A stretch of DNA of 63,380 nucleotides, counting the filler, from Cercozoa sp. M6MM (taxonomy: Eukaryota; Protista; Endomyxa: Ascetosporea), in the NCBI GenBank assembly GCA_040357565.1. It is 9 parts of 9 records of this genome, joined end to end, with 100 filler letters (N's around TTAATTAATTAA, not from the genome) between each part and the next. Parts side by side here need not be neighbours in the genome. Positions count along the whole stretch, not along the records: positions 1 to 3,471 come from JBDODJ010001439.1; positions 3,572 to 8,529 come from JBDODJ010001010.1; positions 8,630 to 12,733 come from JBDODJ010001225.1; 6 more parts are not named here. One strand, written 5' to 3'. The position numbers and the translations under genes were made by a program. The notes under the pieces were generated by a model, which worked only from the letters and a program-made list of their open reading frames with translations, did no database searches and had not been told where the DNA came from. Positions 1 to 11,689 of this stretch are shown here, piece by piece; the stretch's first letter is position 1, and every line of letters starts with the position of its first letter.

Positions 1-5
1 TCATT

Positions 6-72
<67 letters not shown>

Positions 73-81
73 TCACGCATA

Positions 82-892
82 CGATATCCAACTCTGTCGG
101 GGCAAAACAGTCGTCCTTGTGATTCTGGTAGTGCAGCGCATCGTAGCACATGCAGTTGAAGTACGCAGACTCACGCAGCCAGTGCAGAATGAGGTTCGGC
201 ATGAAACGAGTGCACCAGCGGTGCACACTGCGCTCGCGTGCGCACTGCCGCAGCAACTCAACCTGACAGTCCTCCCGCAGACAAGGACTTCCAAACAGGC
301 CGAGGGCAACCTTACGTGCGTGACTCTGCGCCTCAGGAAACTCGACTGCGCACAAGTCGAACTCGGCGTCGGCAAAGACCCGGCGCGCATGCTGTGCGGG
401 CACGACGCGGCCTGAGTCGTGCCAGTGGGCGAGCTGGCAGGTCAGCCACGACAGCACCATGAGAATGCGACAGTCAGTGCTGGCGTCGGCATCAAATTCC
501 TGCAGCATCCTTTCGCACTCCGCGAACGAGAGCGTGTTGGCCTTGCGCTCCGGCTTGTTAAAGCAATGCTCCAGCTCTTGAGCGACCGACTGCAGCGACA
601 GTAGCAACGCCTCAGACAAAACGAACGAGTCAGCTCGCTGCTGATACACAGCGCTGACCTGCCGAACCAGGTCGTACAGCAGCTGGGAAGCCGACGAGTA
701 CGAGTAATCCCTCGACGACACCTGGTCTACGAGGGTCTCCGCGCACACCATGAGCAGCAAGTCTTGATGCGCGTGCAGCACGGTGAGCTCGGCTGCACTG
801 CAGCTGGCCGTGTACTGACAGTCACGTGCATCCGCGCTGAGGAAACGAGACACGACGTCTCTGACGTCTCTGATGTGCGCAGCAGGTGTCAT
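82..892 (-). CDS. Hypothetical protein, 5' part (first exon of about 270 codons; gene continues past the window start)
   Basis: Uninterrupted frame from ATG at 892 (MTPAAHIRDVRDVVSRFLSAD...FAPTELDI), then a GTATGC donor into a (TG)n tract. Absent from the ORF track because the frame does not stop within the window. Confidence 0.55.
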
Positions 893-1484
893 CTTCGCGA
901 CTTAAATCGATCCCTGACTGCTTTTTCCTGGAACAAACGCGCAATCTACAATTATATCGTTACGCTTGTACAGTACCTTTACAGTCTAGTGATACTGCTG
1001 TGATTGTACTGTAGTGGTCTCCAGGGTTAGGGAAGGCTGGTAGTTGGCCCATGAGGGCCTGGTATTTGATGGAGCCCGTGAGATTGCGGCCTCTGCCCAG
1101 TTCGCAAAAGTAATTAGATTGAGGATTACAACTGTGCCGCTCCAGACTGAGATGGGTCGTGCTGACAACCTTGCCCACCCCACAACTCGGGCATTGCTGA
1201 CGCTTTCGTTTTCGTTTTTGCTTTTTCTGTCTTGAGGGGAACGGGGAGAGGAGGGCGGAGAAGTGGCAAGGGGCGGAAGTCGTGCCCGGCCGTACCGTAT
1301 CTACCAACTATCAATATCGGTACTATACTCTACTCTTGTACTCTACCGTACAGTGCTGAGGCTTAGCGATCAGCGAGCTATGACAAGGGACGCTAACATA
1401 CATCCACCCAGGAACGCAACTCTAGTCGACGTTGCGTTGGTGGGTGTACTGCCGCGATGGCTGAACCACCGTGCGAAGCAAAGA

Positions 1485-2068
1485 TCAATCAGAATCCGAG
1501 TCGCCATGGAGTTGCTGATCCAGTGTGACGTAGTCGACCGGTGCGTGGCGCCTCGAGCGGCGTGAGCGTCGCACGGGCACGGCAAACTCAGAGTCGGAGC
1601 CCGAGCTGTCATCCCCGCCGTCCGAGATCCTGACCTCGTTGTCGCTATGGCTGTCGCTGCTTTCGGCATCGGAGTGCTGCTTCCGGCGTCGACGCTTACG
1701 TCTTCGTTTACGTGGCCTCTCGTCCTCGCTCTCTTCCTGGTCGCTGTGTTCTCTCTGTCACACGATCACGAGTATAAACCGATCAAGCTTCCCCAAGCAC
1801 CAAGAAAAACAGATACCGTTCGTCGACTGCTGCGGCGTCGCTTGTGTCGCTTCTTCTTGCGTCGTTTTCTGCGGTCTTTGGCCGGCATCTCAAAATCGCT
1901 ATCCGCTTCGTCCTCGGAGTTGTCGAAAAGCTGCGCCATTGCGCGCGTTCTCGCCGCGTCCGAGTCCACTGCTTTCATAGAATAAGAGTAAGAATACATA
2001 CATATATATATATATACATATAAACATACATAGTATACATATAGATAGATAGATATTAGGTAGGTAGG

Positions 2069-2115
<47 letters not shown>

Positions 2116-2623
2116 GTAAATACCGTCGGACTCGTCTTGTTCCTCCTCTTCGTCCGAAGTGTCGCCGAGCTCGATGCTGTTAAAGTAGCGCTGCAGAGGG
2201 TCGACGGCGTCCTTGGGAATCATGTTGAAAGAGATGGCGTCGTGCTCACCGTTCTCGTGCTCGCCCTCCTGTTCCTCTTCGTCCTCCGGTCTCTCTTCTT
2301 CCTTGTGTTCATGTTCTCCATTGCCGCCGGGCGAGTGCAGTTTCACCAGCAGGTCCACCGACTGCGCACCGCGGAAACTGCGGCCTAGCTCTACGTCAGC
2401 TATCTGTGTGAACAATACAGGCATCGCTATACAGTCATATATTAGAATAAAAGCACAGAAGATTGCGTACTTCATTGGCAGGGAGGAAGGTCGGATCGCG
2501 ACTGGCCACGAAGAGCAGTCCCACACGCAGCGGGAACAACTCGCCTTGCACGCGACCCACCGTGGTTGGCACACTGAGCATCACCTTGTCCGCCGATCCG
2601 ACTGAGTACAGGTACAGAAATAT

Positions 2624-2657
<34 letters not shown>

Positions 2658-3410
2658 CTTTCAACCACCCGCCCCTCCTCTCCACCAGGTAGTATCCTAC
2701 CGTCAAGCTCGGCACTGCTGGGTCGCGAGGCACCCTTGCGCGGCAAGAAGAAGAGTGCCGGTTCGACCGAACTCGCTTGAACAAGCCACTCGTCTGGCTC
2801 AGCTTTCTCCTCGTCTTCATCTTGAGCATGCTCTTCCCCTTCTTCTTCGCTTTTGCTTTTGCCTTCAGTTTCGACCTCGCTTTCGGCTTCCTCGTCGGAG
2901 GAGTCCTCGACGCTGTCGAGGTAGGGCCCGTCGAAGTTTGCGTACTTCGACGTCTCCTCGCAAATCAACTCGGCATCGCTGTGGGCATACACAAACACAG
3001 GTCTGTTAAAGTACAACATCAGTCTTTGGTACCACAAGGTGCGCAGGATAAAGTCAAAGTTGCGCCACACGGGACCTTCCACGGTTTGCGGCAACTCGAC
3101 CGATTCCTATAGCGAAGCACACATACCGAATTCAGAATGAGCCTGAAAGCAGGCAGACACCAGTACCGCAGGGCTCAGCGCGAGTGTTTGCTTCTCGCGA
3201 CGAGGCCAGTTGCACAACTGATGGGAGTGGGGGGGGGGGGGCGGGGAGGGTGAGATGTCAATACATTGTGTTGCTGGAAGCTACCAGCATGTGCGTCTTC
3301 TGCACCGTCTTGTGTGTCTGCTGAAAGTGCACCTCGCGGCAGAAAACGAGTGCCACGATACGTCGTTCATGCAGTGGCACGGGCAGGATGTGCGTGATTG
3401 TGTCCAACTG
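1485..3410 (-). CDS. Hypothetical multi-exon protein, 3' part, with acidic tracts and basic NLS-like stretches (probably nuclear)
   Basis: Spliceable exons: LDTITHILPVPLHERR..., ESVELPQTVEGPVWRNFDF..., E/D-rich segments, RRKRRKKKRHKRRR, ending ...DQQLHGDSDSD-TGA at 1485. Confidence 0.5.
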
Positions 3411-3425
3411 CAGACATGCATGACT

Positions 3426-3471
<46 letters not shown>

Positions 3472-3571
3472 NNNNNNNNNNNNNNNNNNNNNNNNNNNNN
3501 NNNNNNNNNNNNNNNTTAATTAATTAANNNNNNNNNNNNNNNNNNNNNNNNNNNNNNNNNNNNNNNNNNNN
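3472..3571. other. Artificial contig-joining spacer (N44-TTAATTAATTAA-N44); also at 8530-8629, 12734-12833, 15585-15684, 31508-31607, 56943-57042, 60160-60259, 62055-62154
   Basis: The same 100-nt block occurs eight times; TTAATTAATTAA gives stops in all six frames; genes are truncated at these points. Confidence 0.97.
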
Positions 3572-5118
3572 CAGGGGGGTAAGAAGGGGGTAAACAGGGG
3601 GGTAAACAGGGGGGTAAACAGGGGGTAAACACCGCGCCATCGCATCCGTAGATTCGCTGCGGCTGCGGCGCGAACGGAAACGTCTGTTCACAGGGGGGTA
3701 AACAGGGGGGGTAAACAGGGGGGTAAACAGGAGGGGCGGCACTACCACATCGTGCACGTCGCCCACACCGCGCGAGAACTCCTGGCTCAGCGAGCCGACA
3801 GGAGCCGGAATCACGTCGACTCGCACGCGCGCCCGACCGCCGATTCCCTTGGTCGACAGGCAGGTCTATACAGGGGAACAGGGGGGTAAACAGGGGGTAA
3901 ATAGAGGGCCAAACAGGGAGGTAAACAGGAAGGCAAACAGGCGGGGGGGGGGGGCCACCCGGGGGGGTCGGCCACCCGGCGGGGGGGGGGTAAAACTACA
4001 ATGAAAGTGCTGTTGCTCTGCGAAGTCGACACGTCGCAGGGCCACAGTTTGTCTGCGCCCAGTCACTCACTCAGACACGTGTCAACCCGGTCAAGTCAGG
4101 CAGACGCACGTGCCAACCCACAACAGAAAGTAGTACCGTCAGTCAGCGTGCGCATCTGCACCGTCAGAAGTCGCGCCGGGTCGTTCGAGAAGCCCTGTGT
4201 GGGAGGGGGGTAATGAGGGTGTAAACAGAGGGGTAAACAGGAGGGTAAACACACCGAGCCACTAAACGTGAACTGCGCCGGCAGATTCGACCTCATCTGA
4301 AATGGGGGGGGGGGGTAAAGGGGGTAAGCAGGGGGTAAAAGGGGAAACAACGCACCTGCAGCGGCAGCGTATCGTTGGCAGCGCTGATCGATCGCAACGA
4401 GACTGCACAACCATACATACACACATACATACATGCATGCATACATACACATCATATATGCACATACCTACATACATACATACATACATACATACATACA
4501 TACATACACATCATATATGCACATACATACATACATACATACATACATACATACATACATACATACANNNNNNNNNNACATACATACATACATACATACA
4601 TACATACATACATACATACATACATACATACATACATACATACATACATACATACATACACATGCACTGCATACATACATGCACTGCATACACATACACT
4701 GCATACACACATACACTGCATACATACATATACATACCGACATACATACACTGCATACATACATACATACATACATACACTAATAAATACATACATATAT
4801 AGACATACATATATATATGCAGACTAGTACAAGGGTCCACGACGGGCGGCAGGAAGGACACGAGCGAAGCAGCAACGTCGGCAAAGGGCAGGAACGCCGC
4901 CCCGTGTCGCACCTGCGGTTGCAGTGCCTGGCCCAGACCCGCCGGCAGTACGCACTGCCACGTGCTGCACACACACAGGTTTACCCCCGTTTACCCCCTC
5001 TTACCCCCTTAGAGGTCAAAAGCACTAGTCAAAGACGCTGCGACTGTTGACCTGCGCCGTCGGTGTCTGCACACACACACACACACATACACACACACAC
5101 ACATACTATCAAATAGAA

Positions 5119-5163
<45 letters not shown>

Positions 5164-8100
5164 GGCAAGGCACCACAAGCGACGGCGTGCACGTCGAGTA
5201 CTCCGACTGAGCGAACTCGAGTCGCATCTCCGTCAGCTGCGTCGGCAGCATCGGCACCGACGTGAACTCCAGCGGCCTGTGTGTTTCCCCCACCCCAACA
5301 TCAGCAGAATACAACTCCGCCCCCCTAACAACTCAGGTGCGAGAAACGCCATACGTTGCCATTTCATTCGAGAGGTTCTGCGGAGGCGCGCCGCCTCTAT
5401 CGACACACACACACACACAGTCAGTTTATTCTTCCTCATTGTATTTCCTGTATTTTGCTCACAACATACACCTGCTGACGCAGGTGCGACACCTCGTCGG
5501 CGTACTGCACGGTTGTGACTTGCCTAAAGCGAAAAACTAAAACAAAACGAAAGCAGAACAACAGAAAAGCTGTTGCTAACAAGTTTACACTGATGTTGCC
5601 GTCAGTTGGTTGCAGCTCACGGTGCACTGGTAGCCGCCGAACCTGCCACACACACGAATCGCAAGTCCGAGTCCGAACTGAGCACAAAGCAACGTTAAAG
5701 TCTGCTGTACCAAGGGTTAAGGAACGACGCGATCGTGTATGACTGTCGGAAAAACAAAAAGGATCGATGAAAAGAAAAGAACACATTGCTCAGTTTACGC
5801 CAAAGGCGGCGATCTCTCCCAGCGTGCGCGTCTCAGAAAATCTCATCGATGCTGCAGAAAGTTGAATTTTGCTTTGCTGTTTCCAACACGAAACAAGGCA
5901 AAGGTACGAAGCTCGCTCACGAAGCATTCCACCGAGAAAGATACAGCCGAGTCGTCCTCTACAGAGTTAAAAAGACATTCACTTTGCCTTTTCAAAAACC
6001 AAACCTGTAAAACAAGCTACCTGCAGCATCGAAGTCGCTCGCGGCAACCGGTGTCAGTGCCCGTTCCTGAATGTACCAAAATTGTAAAATCGTCGGATAA
6101 AGCAGGAAGAGCAAAGCTACGATGTGCCGAAGAAGAATATGCTGCTCCGAAGCCGACGTTCCGCCCATTGAGAACGTGAAAGCTCGGTCTAAAGTCGCAC
6201 AAAACGAATGTAAGCAACATGAAGAAAAAGAAAAAGAGACAGAGGGAAAGGCATTCTACATCCGTTGGCGCGTGTTGGCGAAGTGGACTTGTAAAACAGG
6301 TTCAGATTCAGCGCCGTGTGGCTCACCGTCTCTGACTCGACAACGACGGAGCGTCGATCGACCCAGCGAATGTTGTCGTCGACACCTAAGAAAACCGAAT
6401 ATCAGAAAGACAAACCGAGAGGACAGGCAAACGAGCAGAGAGACTGACCATGTGCTTGCGTCCACAGGAAGAGTTTGTACTGACCCGGCGGAAGAGAGTC
6501 GAACAGCCAGTGCGTTTCATCCGGTGGCTGACCGTTGATTCCGGGTAATTGCGTCACCGTCTGTTTGCGCATTCACAAGTGTGACTTCACTTCCAGCTAT
6601 GTTGCACATAGTGAATTGACTGTGTACCAGGTTCTTCACGAACTGCAGTGTCTGCGACGGCGGTGCCCACCTACAGTTCCGATATTGGATCGAAACTTCA
6701 GTTCAGCTCTGTCAGAAATTAAATCGGAACTGTACCAAAGTGACACGTGCGTTTGCGGAGGATTCGCGAGAGTCAACTGCATCAAATGAAAGCCTCCTTA
6801 CAAAAGCAACAGCACAGTGACATGACTCAAGCGTACAATGTTGTTGTCAACCGGCGTGTGCTGCCACTTGAAGCGAGCGGCAAACACGTGACGCGCCAGT
6901 TGATTCTCCTGTCCAACACCACGTGTTAATAAAAGCCACACAGAGAAAAAAACAATGAGGTTTCGTGAGTGAGGTCTGCACCAACTGCAGGTAGCCTGGA
7001 GCAATCACAGGAGGTCGCAATTGCTGCAAATGCACGTTGTTCACGATCGTTGGCTGCCAAGCTGGCATGCCCGGGAACGCATCCAGCACCTGCAACAACA
7101 CAGCAACACAATTCTATCTAATCTACTGGCAAAAAATCAGAAAGCAACATGCAGGCAACTGTACATCCGGGTGCGACAGTGGAGTCACGGTGACTTCAAG
7201 GAACACCTCCAGTCTGACCAAATGTGAAGATAACATTCCGATTCTGAGTTGATTTTTCCTCGCAATAATTACAGACAATTGTACGCTGAAGAGGCGTCAA
7301 ACAGCGTCTGCGGCACGTCGACTTCGAAACGCGACACGTTGGCGTCTAGGAATTCGACTCGTGTCCAGTCGCCCCCCTGAGAAGATAACTCCCAACTCGA
7401 TCAATCAACTAAAATGCAGAATTATTATAAATGTGTACAATTTCAAGTCGATAGCCAGTCAGTTGCGGTCGAGTTCCTCTGTTCAAACACTCAAACTTCG
7501 TCGAGTGCCAGCACAAGTCAAATAAACACGTACCCGAGCAGACGCGGCTCAATGGCGCCCAGATCGGCCCACTCAATCTGCGTTCAACCAACACATGCAC
7601 AACTCCAGAAGTAGCACAAAGCCAAAGTACGATGAGATGGTTGCTGGTGTTGCCGCCGAACGTGTATGTCACGGCCTCGTTCTTCTGCCGAAACACGAAA
7701 ACACACAAAACCACGACGAAATTTTCATTGTTCAGACGAATTTAGACAATTCACTATGTACACGAGTGTGCTAAGAGATTTGTTACGTTGGGTCCAACGA
7801 TCGGGAGCAGCTGGCGAGGGTGATCGGCCAGTAGAACCAACTGTCCCCGAAAATCGTGATAATCATTTTTTCGGAAAACGCAAGCTAAAGAAACGCACCA
7901 TGTCACTGGAGGACGGAGCGATCACACCGTCCGGAGCGATGCTATTCGTCCAGTCAACCGGGGTGAAGTTTAGGGACATGCCTGTCAGACACACATACAA
8001 AAACACATATAGTTCGCGCGGAAGTTGTAGTGTGCAGTCAGTCAGGAGACCATAGGCGAAGACAGAAGGCGCGTCGATCGTCCTTGTAGAAATCGTGTGG

Positions 8101-8260
8101 TTGATGAAGTGGACAGTGGATGCCTACTCACAAGAGTCACACCAGTCAAATCACAGTCTCAGTTGAGTCGAGTCGAGTCAAGTTTCAGTTAAGTTAAATC
8201 AAAAGCAACCGGCCAGGCAGCGTCGAACTCGACAAAGTAAAGTGTGCTGTACACACACAG
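3572..8260 (-). CDS. Internal fragment of a large, many-exon extracellular/surface protein with fibronectin-III-like and IPT/TIG-like segments
   Basis: Short exons read IEWADLG..., GGTRPQLTGYRLEI, ...WAPPS..., WLFDSLPPG (FN3-like) and TWQCVLPAGLGQAL...SFLPPVV (TIG-like). Both ends are missing. Confidence 0.45.
4413..4816. repeat. (CATA)n tetranucleotide microsatellite, intronic
   Basis: About 400 bp of CATA repeats and variants, with an internal N gap. Confidence 0.95.
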
Positions 8261-8629
8261 TTCATTTTATCCCATGCAAGCACATGTTTCTGGTAATGTT
8301 TCTGTAGACACGTAGGTAATATAAACAAGTACAAATACAAATATAGAAACAAATATGTCGAAATATATATATATATATAATACATTAATACATATCTATA
8401 TATATATATAAATATCGGTATCTTTATTAGAGGAGAGAGAGAGTACACTCGGTTGAGATTCACATTCGGGTGAGCACCCACACTGCACAACAGGGGGAGG
8501 AAGGGGTAAAGGGAGTAAGGGGGGGGGGGNNNNNNNNNNNNNNNNNNNNNNNNNNNNNNNNNNNNNNNNNNNNTTAATTAATTAANNNNNNNNNNNNNNN
8601 NNNNNNNNNNNNNNNNNNNNNNNNNNNNN

Positions 8630-8693
<64 letters not shown>

Positions 8694-9299
8694 TTGGCAG
8701 TTATAGTGCCACTGCACTGACTCCCGTACGGCTATGTTGATTGTGAGATTGTCAATTTTAGTGAAGACAACGACTAAAGAAAAGTAAGAATGTAAGGTCG
8801 TTTAATTTAGTGTTCGTTCGACGTCTCAATAAACCGAAAGATATCAGAAGAGAGAAGGTAACCCCAAGGTAGGTAGGGCCGTCGTTACAGTTGAGAGTGT
8901 TGAGAGGCTTGTTCGATGATGGACAAAAGAAAAAAACCCTCTTGCCTGCTCAAGCTAGAGCAAGTCAGTTTGGTGTCAACAAGCACAGTAACCCTGAGGT
9001 ACCTGGTATTGGAAAGAGGGCCTTTATTCAATTCTTGCAGCAGTTTCAAGCTGCTCGCCACTCTACCAAACACAGGGTATGCCAAGCTAGGCAGCACTCA
9101 ATTGTTAGGTTACCAGCTCTCAACCTTAGCAAAACACTTCAATATTTATTTGGCATGACTGATAGTTGCTTCCACGCGGAGCAAGTAGTCAGCCGAGTAG
9201 GTTGTTTGATGTTGACAGTAACAGCTACGCTGACGTGACGATAATATTTCAGCCGCTAAGTGCTAGTAACAACGCCAACGCAGCTCCGAGTGGCTGCGG

Positions 9300-10339
9300 T
9301 TAAGAGCGCGAGACACGCACGCTGCCGTTGTTGATTTCTTCAAACGACAGCTTCTTTTCGCGCAGCATCTCATGCACACGCGCCTTGACCTTGGAGTGTC
9401 CGCCCTTGCTCTGCTCAAATATAGGAACAAATGCACAGACAGGGGACACGCGCAAACGCAGACACAAGACACAGGTAACATACGTGATTGCCGGCACCCG
9501 TGATGATGGTAACATCACCAGACGTGCGCTGCAAGAACTCCTCGACAACCTCTTCGGCCTCTGCGCATTTGAGCGACACACAAAGCGTAACATGCGCAAT
9601 TTTGGTACACTGGCATCATCAAGAATACCCTTGACGAGCAAGCAGTGCAGATCAATATCGTCATTGCTGTTCTGGTCGCGCAGCACGCGCTCCTTGGCAC
9701 GCTTGTTGGCGGCATGCATGGCGGCTTGTTTCTACTTTCAAATACAATGCACCCACTTACATTACAACGGCAGACAACCAGCAGAAAACACATAGACCGT
9801 AGACCTCCTTGGCTTGTTGCACAAACTCGTTGGCACTCGCATGGTCGTCTTGATCTAACGCCATATGCGTCACATTTGTGCGCGTGTCAAACAACACAAG
9901 ACAACATACCTCTGGCCTTGTCAGCTTGTGCGAACAACGCACTCATCTCATCGCCGTATCTCCTGTCGACACAAGTAAAATGTTAACCCCCCCCCCCCCC
10001 CCCGGCAGCGGAGCCCTCGCAAACGTAGCAAAGCTAAAATACTGGGCTTCCTGTCGAATGACATCAACGTCAGCAGCCCACTCAGCACGTGAATCACTGC
10101 GCTCACTGCGCGCAAAAAAGAGGTGGTACACAAACAGCACGGAGGAAGATGTGTATGACATACCGCATCTGAGGTTCCTTGTTCTCTTTGGAGTTCTTGC
10201 TGTCTTTGTTGTCAGCAGCGGCCGTTTTGTCAGGCACACGCAGCGACATGCTCGATGAAACTGAGACACGGCGCTTCACCTGGCGTGCCTCTCGGCGCTG
10301 CTCGCGCTCATCGACACTTCGCGACTGAATGCAGCCCAT
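9300..10339 (-). CDS. DUF1771 + Smr domain endonuclease-like protein with N-terminal MGC motif (7 exons)
   Basis: Spliced: MGCIQSR...YGDEMSALFAQADKARDQDDHASANEFVQQAKEKQAAMHAANKRA (DUF1771-like), then IDLHCLLVKEAEEVV...VTIITGAGNHSKGGHSKVKARV...NNGSVRV (Smr). Confidence 0.85.
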
Positions 10340-10729
10340 TGTCTGGTATTCCGCAATGCCAATAAATACTGTACCGAAAATAACGGAAACGCAGCACACA
10401 AAAGAAAACGTTGATACCGTGGAGTTTAGTGAGGGCACGCTCCAGCACACGCAGAATGCGGAATATTAGTTCTGACAAGTTATTGGGTCATGATCCTGGA
10501 TCGGTTATGGGTTGATCATGACTGGCTGATCAACTACAATATGTATCTTCTACTACAGTATGAATGTAACCTAAACTATACATGCACAGCAGTACAACGT
10601 CGAACTGGTTAGAATAGTCGCACACCAAAAGATCCACCCGACCCGGAGCGCCGGCTCCGCATCATTGCAATAAAATTCTACAATTTTGTTGTTTTGACCG
10701 CAAGACAGGACGCACAGCATTCTCTTGCC

Positions 10730-11359
10730 ATGTCTATGCAGATGTGAGTTCAGCTCCCAAATTTTCGCGCTTTGCGTCATTTTTCGGCTTTGCTGTGTTT
10801 CCGCTTTGAGTTTTGTTCTTATGTTATCCGCGATTTTTCAGCTTCGTCAAGACCCTTACGGGCAAGACCATCACGCTCGACGTGTCGGCCAGCGACACGA
10901 TCGAGAACGTGAAGGCCAAGATCCAGGACAAGGAGGGTATCCCGCCCGACCAGCAGCGCCTCATCTTCGCTGGCAAGCAGCTCGAGGACGGCCGCACGCT
11001 CGCCGACTACAACATCCAGAAGGGTACTGCATTTTTGCTTCTTGATGTGTTATCGTGAAGTGTAAGTTCTGATGTGTTATTTGTCACGTTTTGCAGAGTC
11101 GACGCTCCACCTGGTGCTGCGCCTGCGTGGTGGTGGCAAGAAGCGCAAGAAGAAGGTCTACCGCACGCCGAAGAAGAACAAGCACGTCCACAAGACGGTG
11201 CCGCTCGCCATCCTCAAGTACTACACCGTGAACAACGGCGAGGTCGAGCGTGTGCGCAAGGAGTGCCCGCAGCCCGAGTGCGGCCCGGCCACATTCATGG
11301 CTGTGCACGCCGACCGCGTCACGTGCGGCAAGTGCGGCTACACGGTTGAGTCGAAGTAG
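10730..11359 (+). CDS. RPS27A: Ubiquitin-40S ribosomal protein S27a (eS31) fusion; exons 10730-10743, 10842-11023, 11097-11359
   Basis: [17 protein letters not shown]...LVLRLRGG followed by [14 protein letters not shown]...CPQPECG...CGKCG zinc finger; canonical GT-AG introns. Confidence 0.98.
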
Positions 11360-11689
11360 GCTGTCAGTCGGATTTGCTTACTTTTCCTAGTCCTGCCTTG
11401 GTCTAACCTTTTGAGAGCAAACTTAAAAGGGCACGGACTCCTCATCTTGAACCTGAGCCAGATTAGTCGTTGGAACGGACGGACTTTAAGGGTTCCTCCC
11501 CCATCTGTGTTTAACAAGGAATCCGACTCTATGGCAGCTCTGCTAAAACGCTCAGTCACTGTTGACCGCTCAGGCTGTTCGGTTTAGGGAACGAAAAGGA
11601 CTACAATTCAGAACCAGTCGCGCAGCGTTTCCTTCAACTCACGCATCACGTTCATCTATAAAGACACAAGGGGAGCTTCCCAGCTACGG

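Noticed and set aside
1030-1150. RNase P/MRP RNA (GGGAAGGCTGG ... CCAGAC resembling P4)
   Set aside because: The P4 pairing has a mismatch, the spacing is too short, and the other conserved regions are absent.
3516-3527. Recurrent TTAATTAATTAA palindrome as a biological motif or element boundary
   Set aside because: Always centred in a fixed 100-nt N block, so it is a synthetic contig linker. Gene adjacency across it is meaningless.
4302-4972. ORFs such as HTYIHTYI, MYVCMYVC, CVCVCV, SLSLSL and ERERER in the ORF track
   Set aside because: Translations of intronic microsatellites, not proteins.
8885-9238. Overlapping short ORFs in compositionally distinct DNA, possible retroelement remnant
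   Set aside because: No recognisable protein motif in any frame, so it cannot be supported.
10487-10522. 9-bp inverted repeat GTCATGATC/GATCATGAC enclosing AACCCATAA (USE-like) in the Smr/RPS27a promoter
   Set aside because: No recognisable snRNA follows; downstream is the Smr 5'UTR. Too short to exclude chance.
11390-11438. Hairpin just 3' of RPS27a, possible H/ACA snoRNA or SECIS
   Set aside because: No clear H/ACA boxes or AUGA/GA quartet, and the gene has no in-frame UGA.
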